NCBI GenBank assembly: GCA_023511835.1
Contig: JAIMAT010000003.1
Span: forward strand, 10,933-74,932
DNA: 64,000 nt
Reading direction: 5' to 3'
From: Bacillota bacterium
GTDB lineage: Bacteria; Bacillota; Sulfobacillia; JAIMAT01
This document shows positions 1-9,372 of the stretch, one piece after another. Each line of letters begins with the position of its first letter. Position 1 is the stretch's first letter. Under the pieces are notes generated by a model that saw only the letters and a program-made list of their open reading frames with translations, ran no database searches and was not told the origin of the DNA. The translations under genes and the position numbers were made by a program.

Positions 1-1
1 C

Positions 2-172
2 CTGATCCAGGTGGGCGCCTACCGGCCCGGCTCAAGCCGCGAGATCGACGAGGCCGTGGCGCGCATCGAGGCCATGGCGGCCTTCGCCGCGCAGGAGCAG
101 GGCAGCCGGGTGGAGATGGAGGCGACGCTGCGCCAGCTCGAGGCGCTCTTCGAAGGGGGCAGCGCGGCGTGA
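2..172 (+). CDS. fliI: Flagellar export ATPase FliI, C-terminal fragment (5' part lies outside the window)
   Basis: Frame 2 reads LIQVGAYRPGSSREIDEAV, the typical FliI C-terminus; stop overlaps the fliJ GTG. Confidence 0.85.
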   Translation: MIQVGAYRPGSSREIDEAVARIEAMAAFAAQEQGSRVEMEATLRQLEALFEGGSAA

Positions 173-630
173 GCGCCTTCCGGTTCCGCCTCCAGCGCCT
201 TCTCGACCTGCGCCGCCAGGAGCGGCGGGCGGCCGAGCTGGCGCTGGGCGCGGCCACGCGCCGCCAGCAGGAGGCGCGGGAGCGGCGCCGGCGGCTGGCG
301 GAGACGCTGGCGGCGGCGCGCCGGCGCTGGAGCGAAGAGCGGAGCGGCATGACGGCCGCCGCCTGGCGCCAGCGCGCGGCCTGGCTGGAGGAGCTGGAAC
401 GGCTCCTGGCGGAGGCCGGGCGGAGCGAGCAGGCGGCGGCCGCCGAGGTGGAGGCGGCGCGGGCGGAGCTGGCCGGCGCGAGGAGCCGGGAGCGGAGCCT
501 GGAGCGGCTTCACCAGCGGCGGCGGGAGGAGTGGCGGTTGGAGGAGGAGCGGGGCGACCAGCGCGAGCTGGACGAGCTGGGCAGGCTGCGCTGGCTCCGG
601 CTCCGCCAGGAAGGGGGCGGGCGCGCGTGA
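169..630 (+). CDS. fliJ: Flagellar export chaperone FliJ
   Basis: N-terminal FRFRLQRLLDLR, coiled coil, C-terminal DQRELDE; directly follows fliI. Confidence 0.85.
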   Translation: MSAFRFRLQRLLDLRRQERRAAELALGAATRRQQEARERRRRLAETLAAARRRWSEERSGMTAAAWRQRAAWLEELERLLAEAGRSEQAAAAEVEAARAELAGARSRERSLERLHQRRREEWRLEEERGDQRELDELGRLRWLRLRQEGGGRA

Positions 631-2225
631 TGAGACCGCTTCCGGTGGCGCCGGGCGCGGAGGCGAGAGGCGCCGCGGGCGCGGAGGCGGCGGGCGCGGC
701 CGGGCAGGCCGGTGCGCCCGCCGGGGCGGGCGGGGCGGGCAGCTTCGCCAGCCTCCTCGGCGAGGCGGCGCGGGGGCGGAGCGGGGGGCCGAAAGCCGCC
801 CCGGTCGCGCCCGCGCCGGGGGAGAAGGAGGGGCCCTCCCGTCGTCCGGAGCCGGGCGGTGACCCGCAGGAAGCCCTCCTCACAGCGCTGGCGGCTGCGG
901 TGGCGGCGGCCGCAGGGCAGCCGACCCCCGGCTCGGCGGAGCCGGGCGTTCCCGGCGCGGGGACGCCCGCCGGCGGCGGAACCGCGGAGGGGTTGCCGGC
1001 GGCGCCGGCCGCCGGCGGGCCGGCCGTACGGGACGAAGCGGCTGCGGCCGCGACGCCCCCGCCGGCCGTGCCTCTCCCCTCGACGCCGGCGCCCCCCGAG
1101 GGCGCGGGAGCGGGGGGGGCCGGGAGCCCTGCGACGGCGGGGCCCGGCGCCGCGGGGGAGACGGGGAGGGAAGCGACCGCCGTGCCGGGACCGGCCGGGC
1201 CCTCCGCCGCGGCGCAAGCGGGAGGGGCGGCCCCCGGCTCGCCGGCGGCGGGCGCCGCCGCCGGGGGAGCGGCGGGCGGAAGCGGGGACGGGTGGCCGCC
1301 GGCGCCGCTGGCCGGCGAGGCGGCCGCGGCCGGGCAGAGGACGGGTGACGCCGGCGGGCCGGCGCCGAGGGGCGGGCCTGGCGGACCTCCCCGGGACGGG
1401 GGGCGCCCGGCGCTCCCGCGCGGCGGAGCCTGTGCGCCTCCCGGCGGGGAGGGCGCGCGGCCGGCGGCGGAAGCGGGCGCGGCAGGCGGGTCGCCGGAAA
1501 GGGCGGGAAGCCCTCTCTCCGCGACGGCGGCGGGCCGCGCCCGGACGGACGGCGGCGGGCTGCCCGCTGCGCCGGCGCGACAGGACGGGCCGAAAGCGGA
1601 GGGGAGCGCCGCGGCGGGCGGAGCGCCGGCCCCGGGCGACGGTCCGGCGGTGGCGGTGGCGCCCGCGCCGGCGGGTGCGGGCGGCCAGACGGCGCCCGCG
1701 ACGCCCGGCGGCGGTGTGGGGCCGGCGCCGGGGGCGAGTGGGGAAGCGAGGACGGCGGAGGCCGCCGCAGCCGCACGGGTGGCCCAGCTCCACCTGGGGG
1801 CGCGCGAGGCGGAGGTGCGCCTCCGCGGCGAGCGGGTGGGCGACGTGGCGGCTCGCTTGACGCTGGAGGGCGGCGGGCAGGTGGCCATCCGCGTGGAGAC
1901 CACGCGCCTCTCGGCCCGCGAGCTGCTGGTAGAGGCGCTGCCGGCGCTCCAGCAGGGACTCAGCCGGCAGGGCGTGCCCCTGGCCGGGGTGACGGTGAGC
2001 GGCTTCGGCAGCGCGGGTACCGGCGCCGCTGGCGGAGGCGGGTCGGGGATCGCCTCCGGGGGAGCGGGGGGCGAGGCGGGCGCCGCTTCCTACGGCGGGG
2101 GCGAAGGCGGAGGCGCGTGGACGGGGGCGAGGGGTGCCCCGCCGGGTGCGGCCGGGAGCGGCTTGGCGCCACCGGAGCTGCGCCGGGCGCGGTGGCGGGG
2201 GGCGGGCGTCGACCTGCTCCTCTGA
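630..2225 (+). CDS. fliK: Flagellar hook-length control protein FliK (A/G/P-rich N-terminus, FliK_C domain)
   Basis: ATG overlaps fliJ stop; C-terminal AEVRLRGERVGDV...LQQGLSRQGVPLAGVTVS...GVDLLL; lies before flgD. Confidence 0.7.
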   Translation: MRPLPVAPGAEARGAAGAEAAGAAGQAGAPAGAGGAGSFASLLGEAARGRSGGPKAAPVAPAPGEKEGPSRRPEPGGDPQEALLTALAAAVAAAAGQPTPGSAEPGVPGAGTPAGGGTAEGLPAAPAAGGPAVRDEAAAAATPPPAVPLPSTPAPPEGAGAGGAGSPATAGPGAAGETGREATAVPGPAGPSAAAQAGGAAPGSPAAGAAAGGAAGGSGDGWPPAPLAGEAAAAGQRTGDAGGPAPRGGPGGPPRDGGRPALPRGGACAPPGGEGARPAAEAGAAGGSPERAGSPLSATAAGRARTDGGGLPAAPARQDGPKAEGSAAAGGAPAPGDGPAVAVAPAPAGAGGQTAPATPGGGVGPAPGASGEARTAEAAAAARVAQLHLGAREAEVRLRGERVGDVAARLTLEGGGQVAIRVETTRLSARELLVEALPALQQGLSRQGVPLAGVTVSGFGSAGTGAAGGGGSGIASGGAGGEAGAASYGGGEGGGAWTGARGAPPGAAGSGLAPPELRRARWRGAGVDLLL

Positions 2226-2270
2226 GGGGCGGGGAAGATCCGATGCCGGAAGACGGGGAGGCGAGCAGGT

Positions 2271-2561
2271 ATGGGCGTGAGCGGCGTCAGCTCTTCGAGC
2301 GCGACGGCGGGTGGCGCCACGACGGCGACGGCGGGCAACCCGCTGGCCGGCGCGGGGCTGCAGCAGAGCTTCCTGCAGCTTCTGGTGGCGCAGCTCCAGT
2401 ACCAGGACCCGCTGCAGCCCATGGACGGCACGCAGTGGGTGACCCAGCTGGCCCAGTTCAGCATGCTGAGCGAGCTGGAGCAGATCCGGCAGAAGCTCGA
2501 CCAGATCGCGGCGGCCCAGCAGCTCCAGGGCGGCTCGGCCTCGACCGCGCAGGGGGGTTAG
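2271..2561 (+). CDS. flgD: Flagellar hook cap protein FlgD (short form)
   Basis: FLQLLVAQLQYQDPLQPMD...QLAQFS motif. Confidence 0.9.
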   Translation: MGVSGVSSSSATAGGATTATAGNPLAGAGLQQSFLQLLVAQLQYQDPLQPMDGTQWVTQLAQFSMLSELEQIRQKLDQIAAAQQLQGGSASTAQGG

Positions 2562-2567
2562 GAAGCC

Positions 2568-3467
2568 ATGATGCGTTCCATGTATTCCGCGGTCTCGGGC
2601 CTGCGCGCCAACCAGACGGCCATGGACGTGATCGGCAACAACATCGCCAACGTCAACACGCCGGCCTTCAAGAGCTCGCGGACCGTCTTCGCGGACATGT
2701 TCTACCAGCTGCTGGCCGGCGCCGCCGGGCCGCAGGCCAACGTGGGCGGCGTCAACTCGCAGCAGGTGGGGCTGGGCGTCCGCCTGGCCAGCATCGACAA
2801 GCTGATGACGCAGGGCGCCCTCCAGTCCACCGGCGTCCCCACCGACCTGGCCATCCAGGGCGAGGGTTTCTTCGTGCTGGGCGACAACGCCAATCCGCCC
2901 AACCTGACCTACACGCGCCTGGGCGACTTCAAGCTGGACGCTCAGGGCTACCTCGTGGACGCGGCCAGCGGGAAGTACGTCCTGGGCTGGGACGGGAACA
3001 CGGTGCCCAACGCGCCCACAACCGCCTATCCGACGGGAAAAATCCAGATCGTCCTCGGCCAGTCGTACTCGCCGCCCGGGGCGGGCGGGCCGTATACGTT
3101 CGTGGATTACAGCATAAGCCCCGACGGAACCGTCAACGGGATCGAGTCGGATGGAACGATCCAACCGATCGCCCGCATCGCCCTGGCCGTCTTCCCCAAC
3201 CCCAGCGGCCTCGACGAACTGGGCGGCGGCCAGTATGGCGCCTCGGCGAACTCCGGAGTGACCGGGACCAACAACCCGCTCTACGAGGTCGGGGGCTCGG
3301 GCACCGCGGCCGGCACCATCAGCTCCGGCACGCTGGAGATGTCCAACGTCGACCTGGCCCAGGAGTTCACCGACATGATCACCACCCAGCGCGGCTTCGA
3401 GGCCAACGCCAAGGTGATCACCACCGCCGACCAGATGCTTCAGGTGCTCACCAACCTGAAGCAGTAG
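2568..3467 (+). CDS. flgE: Flagellar hook protein FlgE (short Firmicute-type hook/basal-body protein)
   Basis: MMRSMYSAVSGL...NNIANVNT; C-terminal LEMSNVDLAQEFTDMITTQRGFEAN; follows flgD. Confidence 0.88.
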   Translation: MMRSMYSAVSGLRANQTAMDVIGNNIANVNTPAFKSSRTVFADMFYQLLAGAAGPQANVGGVNSQQVGLGVRLASIDKLMTQGALQSTGVPTDLAIQGEGFFVLGDNANPPNLTYTRLGDFKLDAQGYLVDAASGKYVLGWDGNTVPNAPTTAYPTGKIQIVLGQSYSPPGAGGPYTFVDYSISPDGTVNGIESDGTIQPIARIALAVFPNPSGLDELGGGQYGASANSGVTGTNNPLYEVGGSGTAAGTISSGTLEMSNVDLAQEFTDMITTQRGFEANAKVITTADQMLQVLTNLKQ

Positions 3468-3510
3468 CCGGCGCCCGCGCGCCGTGACGGAGGAAAGGGA
3501 AGGACGGGCC

Positions 3511-3720
3511 GTGATCTGGCTCACCCGGCTCAACGGCGACGAGCTGGTCGTCAACGCCGACATGATCGAGACCGTGGAGGCGACGCCCGACACGGTCATC
3601 ACCCTGGCCAACGGCCACCGCTGGATCGTGGCGGAGAGCCCCGACGAGGTGATCCGGCGGGTCGTCGCCTACCGGCGGGAGATCGCCGCCGGCCCGCGCC
3701 GCGAGGAGGTGGAGCCGTGA
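3511..3720 (+). CDS. flbD: FlbD/SwrD family flagellar protein
   Basis: MIWLTRLNG...NADMIETVEATPDTVITL motif; GTG at 3511 follows a purine-rich RBS. Confidence 0.88.
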   Translation: MIWLTRLNGDELVVNADMIETVEATPDTVITLANGHRWIVAESPDEVIRRVVAYRREIAAGPRREEVEP

Positions 3721-4133
3721 GCCGGCTGTCCGGCCGGGCGGGCGGCGTGGCGGCGCTGCTGCTGGCCGCGCTCCTGCTGGGCGGCTGCAACCTGCCCGGC
3801 AAGAGCTCCTCCGCCGCTTCCAAGGCGGAGCCGCCGGTGGCGGTCGACGTGGGGACGCTGACCACCAACCTCTCTGATGCCGACCCGCCCCGCTTGGTGC
3901 AGGTGGACGTGGTGCTGGAAGTAGGCGGGCAGGCGGCGGCCGACCAGCTGAAGGCGGCCGAGCCGGCCGTCCGCGACGCGGTCCTGCGCGTCCTGCGCGC
4001 CACGAGCGCGGCCCAGCTGGCCGGTGCGCAGGGCATGGACGCGGTGCGGGCGCGCATCGAGAGCGAGGTGGAGAGGGCGGTTCCCGATGTGCGGGTGCGC
4101 GACGTCTACTTCACCAGCTTCGTGGTCCAGTGA
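3717..4133 (+). CDS. fliL: Flagellar basal body-associated protein FliL (with lipobox)
   Basis: TTNL...VRDAVLRVL...VYFTSFVVQ C-terminus; lies before fliM. Confidence 0.88.
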   Translation: MSRLSGRAGGVAALLLAALLLGGCNLPGKSSSAASKAEPPVAVDVGTLTTNLSDADPPRLVQVDVVLEVGGQAAADQLKAAEPAVRDAVLRVLRATSAAQLAGAQGMDAVRARIESEVERAVPDVRVRDVYFTSFVVQ

Positions 4134-4184
4134 GCGGCCCGTGACGAGCGGACGGGCGGGCCGGGCGGACGGGAGGAAGCACGG

Positions 4185-5120
4185 GTGATCCGGACGAGCG
4201 GGCGAACGGGCGGGGTGGCGGCGGCGGGCGCCAGGGTGCGTGCCTACGACTTCCGGCGGCCGGACCGCCTCTCCAAGGACCAGCTGCGCACCCTGGCCAT
4301 GATCAACGAGAACTTCGCCCGGGGGGCCACCACCCTTCTCTCCACGCGGCTGCGGGGGAACGCCCAGGCGGTCTCCGAGCTGGCGGAGCTGGTCAGCTTC
4401 GAGCAGTTCCTGGCCGGCATCGCCGAGCCCGCCATCATCGCCATCGTGCGGGCGGAGGAGTGGCAGGGCGAGGCGGTGATGAGCCTGGACCCGCAGGTGG
4501 CCTTCGCGCTCGTCGACCGCCTCCTGGGCGGAGCCGGCGAGGAGAGCTACCGCCTGCGAAGCATCACCGAGATCGAGCAGGCGCTCCTGCAGCGGATCTG
4601 CCGCGACCTGATCCAGGCCTGGCAGGAGGCTTGGTCGTCGGTGACGCCGCTCCATGCGGCGCTGGTCTCGCTGGAGTCCAACCCGCTCCTCGCCCAGGTG
4701 GCGCCGCCCGGCGACATGGCCGTCCAGCTGCTGGTCAGCCTGCGCCTGGGCCGGCTGCAGGGCTACCTGCGCATCGGCCTGCCCTACACCACCATCGCCC
4801 CGCTGATGCCCGCCCTCTCCGCCGAGCGCTGGCTGACACGCGAGGCGGAGGGTGCCGGCCAGCGCCAGCAGGAGATGCAGGCCGCGCTGCGCCGCGTGCC
4901 GCTGCGGGTGACGGCGGTGCTGGGCCATGCGCGCCTGCGACTTCGCGACTTCGTCCAGCTGGAGGTGGGGGACGTGATCCTCCTGGACCAGCGCGTCGCC
5001 GCCCCCATCCGGGTGACGGTGCAGGGACGGCCCAAGTTCGCGGCGCGCCCCGGCCGGGTGGGCCACCACCTGGCGGTCGAGATCGTGGCGCGCCTGCCCG
5101 AGGAAGGTGAGAGCGCATGA
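4185..5120 (+). CDS. fliM: Flagellar motor switch protein FliM
   Basis: [24 protein letters not shown]-terminal SpoA domain. Confidence 0.92.
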   Translation: MIRTSGRTGGVAAAGARVRAYDFRRPDRLSKDQLRTLAMINENFARGATTLLSTRLRGNAQAVSELAELVSFEQFLAGIAEPAIIAIVRAEEWQGEAVMSLDPQVAFALVDRLLGGAGEESYRLRSITEIEQALLQRICRDLIQAWQEAWSSVTPLHAALVSLESNPLLAQVAPPGDMAVQLLVSLRLGRLQGYLRIGLPYTTIAPLMPALSAERWLTREAEGAGQRQQEMQAALRRVPLRVTAVLGHARLRLRDFVQLEVGDVILLDQRVAAPIRVTVQGRPKFAARPGRVGHHLAVEIVARLPEEGESA

Positions 5121-6112
5121 GCGACCCGCTGCTGAGCCAGGAGGAGATCGACGCGCTCCGGCGCAGCCTGGAGCGCGAAGAGGCGGCGCCCCGCCTCGCC
5201 CCCGAGGCGGCCGAGGCGCTGGCCGACCTCTTCGCCCGTTCGCTGGAGGAGGCGCTGCGCCGCACCGCCCCCTCCCTCCTGGACGCCGGCTCGCAGGTGG
5301 ACGGCGAGGAGGCGCCGCCCAACCAGGCGGCCGCCGCGGCCGCAGGCCGGCGGGCCGCCGTCTCGGGCGGCGGGCTGGCACGCTGGGAGGCGGTGCTCTG
5401 GCTCGGCCAGGGGCTCGAGCCGGGCCAGGCGCTCCTGGACGCCTGGTGCGGCCAGCTGGCGGAGGCGCTGGAGGGCCTCCTCGCCGGCAGCGTGGAGGTG
5501 ATTCCGGGCGAGGCCTGGTCGCCGGGCGGGCTGCTCCCCGCCGAGCCGGCGGGCTTTCTCTTCCGCTGGCAGGGCGGCGGGGCCGCGCGCGAGGCGGGCC
5601 TGGTGGCGCCGCGGGGGGCCCTGGAGGCGCTGGTGGAGGCGGCCGCGCGCGGCCGGGGAACGGCCGCCGCCACGGTGGCCGCGGGCGGCGCGCCCTCGGG
5701 CGGAGCGGAGGCGGCGGGGGGCGTGCCAACGCCCTCCGCGCAGGCGCCGTCCCCCGCGGCGGGCGGCGCTTCCTCCGCCGCCGCACCGGCTGCCGGGCGC
5801 TCCAGCCCCCACGTCTGGCAGGCGCTGGACGCGCCCGGGACGGGGCCGAGCCCGGCCGGGCTGGAGCTGCTCTACGACGTGCCCCTGGAGATCACGGTGG
5901 AGCTGGGCCGGGCCAGCCGCTCGGTACGCGAGGTCCTGGCCCTGGGCACGGGCTCGGTGGTGGAGCTGGACCGGGCCGCGGGCGAACCCGTCGACATCCT
6001 GGTCAACGGCAAGCTGGTGGCCCACGGTGAGGTGGTCGTCATCGACGACAACTTCGGCATCCGGGTGACGGACATCCTCAGTCCGGCCGACCGGCTCCGC
6101 CAGCTGGGCTAG
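5117..6112 (+). CDS. fliY: Flagellar switch protein FliN/FliY-like
   Basis: N-terminal LSQEEIDAL, degenerate middle domain, C-terminal FliN domain ([11 protein letters not shown]...[15 protein letters not shown]). Confidence 0.8.
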   Translation: MSDPLLSQEEIDALRRSLEREEAAPRLAPEAAEALADLFARSLEEALRRTAPSLLDAGSQVDGEEAPPNQAAAAAAGRRAAVSGGGLARWEAVLWLGQGLEPGQALLDAWCGQLAEALEGLLAGSVEVIPGEAWSPGGLLPAEPAGFLFRWQGGGAAREAGLVAPRGALEALVEAAARGRGTAAATVAAGGAPSGGAEAAGGVPTPSAQAPSPAAGGASSAAAPAAGRSSPHVWQALDAPGTGPSPAGLELLYDVPLEITVELGRASRSVREVLALGTGSVVELDRAAGEPVDILVNGKLVAHGEVVVIDDNFGIRVTDILSPADRLRQLG

Positions 6113-6116
6113 GGGG

Positions 6117-6467
6117 GTGGCGGCGCTGGGCGAGGTGCTGCGCGTCCTGGCGGGGCTGCTCGCCTTCCTGGCGGTCGTCGCCCTGGCCTACTTCGCCAGC
6201 CTGGGCGTCGGCCGGCTGGGGGCGGGCGCCGGCGGTCCGTTGCGGATCGTCGGCCAGCTGCCGCTGGGGCCGCGCCGGGGGCTGGCACTGGTGCGCATGG
6301 GGGACGAGCTGCTCCTGCTGGGCGTCACCGACCGCCAGGTGACGCTGCTGGAGCGGGTGGACGAGCCGGAGCGGGTGGCGCGGCTGGACCCGCCGGGCGG
6401 GGGCGGCGGCCAGCGCTTCGCCGAGCTTCTGGGGCGGCGCCTGGCGGGGAAGAGGGAGGAGCCGTGA
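6117..6467 (+). CDS. fliO: Flagellar biosynthesis protein FliO
   Basis: One TM helix plus LGPRRGLALVRMGDELLLLGVT; lies before fliP. Confidence 0.85.
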   Translation: MAALGEVLRVLAGLLAFLAVVALAYFASLGVGRLGAGAGGPLRIVGQLPLGPRRGLALVRMGDELLLLGVTDRQVTLLERVDEPERVARLDPPGGGGGQRFAELLGRRLAGKREEP

Positions 6468-7141
6468 TCCCGACGCTGCAGGTGAGCGTGGGCGGCGCGC
6501 AGGGGCCGCAGCAAGTGGCGACCACGCTCCAGATCCTGGGCTGGCTGACACTCCTGGCGCTGGCGCCGGCGGCGCTGGTGATGACCACCTCCTTCACGCG
6601 CATCGTGGTAGTCCTCTCCTTCGTGCGCAACGCGCTGGCCACCGGGCAGACGCCGCCCAACCAGGTGCTGGTGGGACTGGCGCTCTTTCTGACCATCTTT
6701 ACCATGGCGCCGGTCTACGACCAGATCTACCGGCAGGCCTGGCAGCCGTACCAGGCGGGGCAGATCAGCCAGCAGACGGCGCTGAACCGGGCGGAGGCGC
6801 CGTTGCGGACCTTCATGTTAAAGGAGACGAGGACCTCGGACCTGGAGCTCTTCGTCTCGCTGGACGGCTCCGCGCCGCGGCCTGCAAGCCCGCAGCAGGC
6901 CTCGCTGCGCGACCTGATCCCGGCCTTCGTCATCTCCGAGCTGAAGAGCGCCTTTGAGATGGGCTTCGTCCTCTACCTGCCCTTCCTGGTCATCGACCTG
7001 GTGGTGGCCTCGACGCTGATGTCCATGGGCATGTTCATGCTGCCGCCCATGCTGATCTCGCTTCCGTTTAAAATCCTGCTCTTCGTGCTGGTGGACGGCT
7101 GGCACCTGCTGGCCCAGTCGCTGGTGGCGAGCTACCGCTAG
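6464..7141 (+). CDS. fliP: Flagellar export gate protein FliP
   Basis: MTTSFTRIVVVL, QTPPNQVL, PAFVISELK, LPFKILLFVLVDGW. Confidence 0.97.
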   Translation: MIPTLQVSVGGAQGPQQVATTLQILGWLTLLALAPAALVMTTSFTRIVVVLSFVRNALATGQTPPNQVLVGLALFLTIFTMAPVYDQIYRQAWQPYQAGQISQQTALNRAEAPLRTFMLKETRTSDLELFVSLDGSAPRPASPQQASLRDLIPAFVISELKSAFEMGFVLYLPFLVIDLVVASTLMSMGMFMLPPMLISLPFKILLFVLVDGWHLLAQSLVASYR

Positions 7142-7152
7142 GAGGTGCGCCG

Positions 7153-7422
7153 GTGACGGTGGCGTCGGTCCTGGAACTCTTCCGGCAGGCGGTCTGGCTC
7201 CTCTTGACGGTGGCGGCGCCGCTCCTGGGGATCAGCCTGGCGGTCGGCTTCCTGGTCAGTCTCTTCCAGGCCACCACCCAGATCAACGAGCAGACGCTCA
7301 CCTTCGTGCCCAAGATGGTGGCCGTCCTGCTGGCGCTGCTCCTGCTGGGACCGTGGATGCTCCAGCAGCTGGTCGACTTCACCTCCGGCATCCTGGGGCA
7401 CCTGGGCTCCTTCGTAGGGTGA
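7153..7422 (+). CDS. fliQ: Flagellar export gate protein FliQ
   Basis: FQATTQINEQTLTFVPK. Confidence 0.97.
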   Translation: MTVASVLELFRQAVWLLLTVAAPLLGISLAVGFLVSLFQATTQINEQTLTFVPKMVAVLLALLLLGPWMLQQLVDFTSGILGHLGSFVG

Positions 7423-7435
7423 GGCGCCCGGAGGG

Positions 7436-8236
7436 GTGGAAGGGGTGGCACTCGCGTGGCCGTGGACGTTCTTCTTCGACCCGGGGCGGCTGGCGCTCTT
7501 CGGGCTGGTGCTGGCCAGGGTGACGGGGATGCTGCTGGTGGCCCCCTTCTTCGGCCACGCCGCCGTCGGCTGGCGCGTCCGCGCCGGCCTGGCGGTGGCC
7601 CTGGCGCTCCTTCTCTCCTTCCCGCTCCGGCCGCCGGCGGCGACGCTCTGGAGCTCGGGCGCGGCCTACGTGGGCTCGCTCCTGGGCGAGCTGGCGGTGG
7701 GGACGACCATCGGGCTGCTGGCGCTGGTGGTCCTCAGCTCTGTCCAGCTGCTGGGGGAGCTGCTGGGCATCCAGATGGAGTTCTCGCTGGCCCAGCTGCT
7801 CGACCCGGCCTTCGGGCAGCCGGTACCGCTGGTGGGGACGCTGCTCTGGTCGCTCCTGCTCCTGCTCTGGCTCCTGGCCGACGGCCACCATGCGCTCCTG
7901 GCGGCGCTGGCGGAGAGCTTCCGCCGGATCCCCCCCGGCCTCTTCCGCTGGACGCCCGCCTGGAGCGAGCTGGTGCTCCAGACGCTAGCCTGGTCCTTCG
8001 AGACGGCGCTGGCGCTGGCCGCCCCGCTGCTGGCCGCGCTGCTCCTGGTCAACGCGGCCTTCGGGCTGGTGGCACGGGCGGCGCCGCAGGTGAACGTGCT
8101 CCTCGCCCAGCTGCCGGCCCTGGCGCTGGTCGGCATCCTGCTCCTGGCGGCGCTGGTTCCCGCCTTTCCCCTGGTGGTCCAGGCGGTGGCGCCCCGGGTG
8201 GAGGAGGTGCTGGCGGCCTGGCTCTCCCTCCGCTGA
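7436..8236 (+). CDS. fliR: Flagellar export gate protein FliR
   Basis: Multi-TM; LARVTG..APFFG, DGHH, ARAAPQVNV. Confidence 0.93.
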   Translation: MEGVALAWPWTFFFDPGRLALFGLVLARVTGMLLVAPFFGHAAVGWRVRAGLAVALALLLSFPLRPPAATLWSSGAAYVGSLLGELAVGTTIGLLALVVLSSVQLLGELLGIQMEFSLAQLLDPAFGQPVPLVGTLLWSLLLLLWLLADGHHALLAALAESFRRIPPGLFRWTPAWSELVLQTLAWSFETALALAAPLLAALLLVNAAFGLVARAAPQVNVLLAQLPALALVGILLLAALVPAFPLVVQAVAPRVEEVLAAWLSLR

Positions 8237-9372
8237 CCCGGGGCCGGTGGCGCTTCGACCTGCAGCTCTTCGCCGCCGACGAGGAGGCGGGCGAGCGGAG
8301 CGAGCCGCCCACGCCGCGGCGCCGGGAGCGCGCGCGCCGCGAGGGAGAGTTCGCGAGGAGCGCCGAGCTGACCGGCGCGCTCCTCCTCTTGGCCGGCACG
8401 CTGCTCCTCCTGCTGGCGGGCGGCGCGGCCCAAGAGCGGATGCTCCGCTTCCTGACGGAGGCCTGGGGGGGCTGGCTCGCCCGCGGGCCGCGGACGGGCG
8501 AGTTGGGGGCGGGCGAGGCGGCGGCGCTCCTGGCGCGGGCCCTGGGGGTGGGTGCCTCGGCGGCGGCGCCCTTCCTCCTGGCGACCGTGGCGCTCAGCCT
8601 CGCCTCCGGTTTCGCGCAGAGCCGCTTCACCTTCACCGGTGCGGGGCTGGTGCCGCGCGTCGCGCGCCTCAACCCGCTGGCGGGGCTGCGCCGCCTCTTC
8701 TCCGGCCAGGGACTGGTGGAGCTGGCCAAGGCGCTGCTCAAGCTGGGCGTCATCGTCGGAGTCGCCTGGGGCACCGTGCGGACGGCGGTAGAAGCGGCCC
8801 CGGGCCTGCTCGGGGCGCCGCTTTCCGGGGTGGTCGGCTGGATCGAGGGGCAGGTGGCACGTCTCTTTCTCGAAGTGGGGCTGGCCTGGCTCGCGCTGGC
8901 GGGCGGTGACTACGCCTATCAGCTCTGGGCCACCGAGCGCCGCCTGCGCATGACGCCTCACGAGCTGCAGCGCGAGCTGCGCGAGACCGAGGGCAACCCC
9001 GAGGTCCGCCGCCGCATCCGCCGGCTCCAGTCGCAGCTGGCGGCGGCGCGGATGATCGAGGCGGTGAGACGGGCGCGGGTGGTGGTGGTCAACCCGACCC
9101 ACGTGGCCGTGGCGCTGGCCTACGAGCCCGAGCGGATGGAGGCGCCGCAGGTGGTGGCGCGCGGCGCCGACGAGGTGGCGCTCCGCATCCGCGAGGAAGC
9201 CTGGCGCCGGAGCGTCCCCATCGTGGAGGACCCGCCCCTGGCGCGGGCGCTCTACGCCTCCACGCGCGTCGGCCAGACCATCCCGGCCGCGCTCTACAAG
9301 GCCGTGGCCGAGGTGATGGCCTGGGTCTGGCAACTGGAAGAGGGAGGGCGGCTGGCATGGCGCAGACGTTGA
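8218..9372 (+). CDS. flhB: Flagellar export switch protein FlhB (start uncertain, probably CTG at 8218 or 8233)
   Basis: ERSEPPTPRRRERARREG, ETEGNPEVR, NPTH autocleavage motif; no nearby in-frame ATG/GTG/TTG, AGGAGG at 8202-8207. Confidence 0.93.
   Translation: MALPPLTRGRWRFDLQLFAADEEAGERSEPPTPRRRERARREGEFARSAELTGALLLLAGTLLLLLAGGAAQERMLRFLTEAWGGWLARGPRTGELGAGEAAALLARALGVGASAAAPFLLATVALSLASGFAQSRFTFTGAGLVPRVARLNPLAGLRRLFSGQGLVELAKALLKLGVIVGVAWGTVRTAVEAAPGLLGAPLSGVVGWIEGQVARLFLEVGLAWLALAGGDYAYQLWATERRLRMTPHELQRELRETEGNPEVRRRIRRLQSQLAAARMIEAVRRARVVVVNPTHVAVALAYEPERMEAPQVVARGADEVALRIREEAWRRSVPIVEDPPLARALYASTRVGQTIPAALYKAVAEVMAWVWQLEEGGRLAWRRR

Noticed and set aside
630-1780. Low-complexity A/G/P region of fliK (and of IF2 at 33690-34300) as a repeat array
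   Set aside because: No periodic nucleotide repeat; typical disordered segments of these proteins in high-GC genomes
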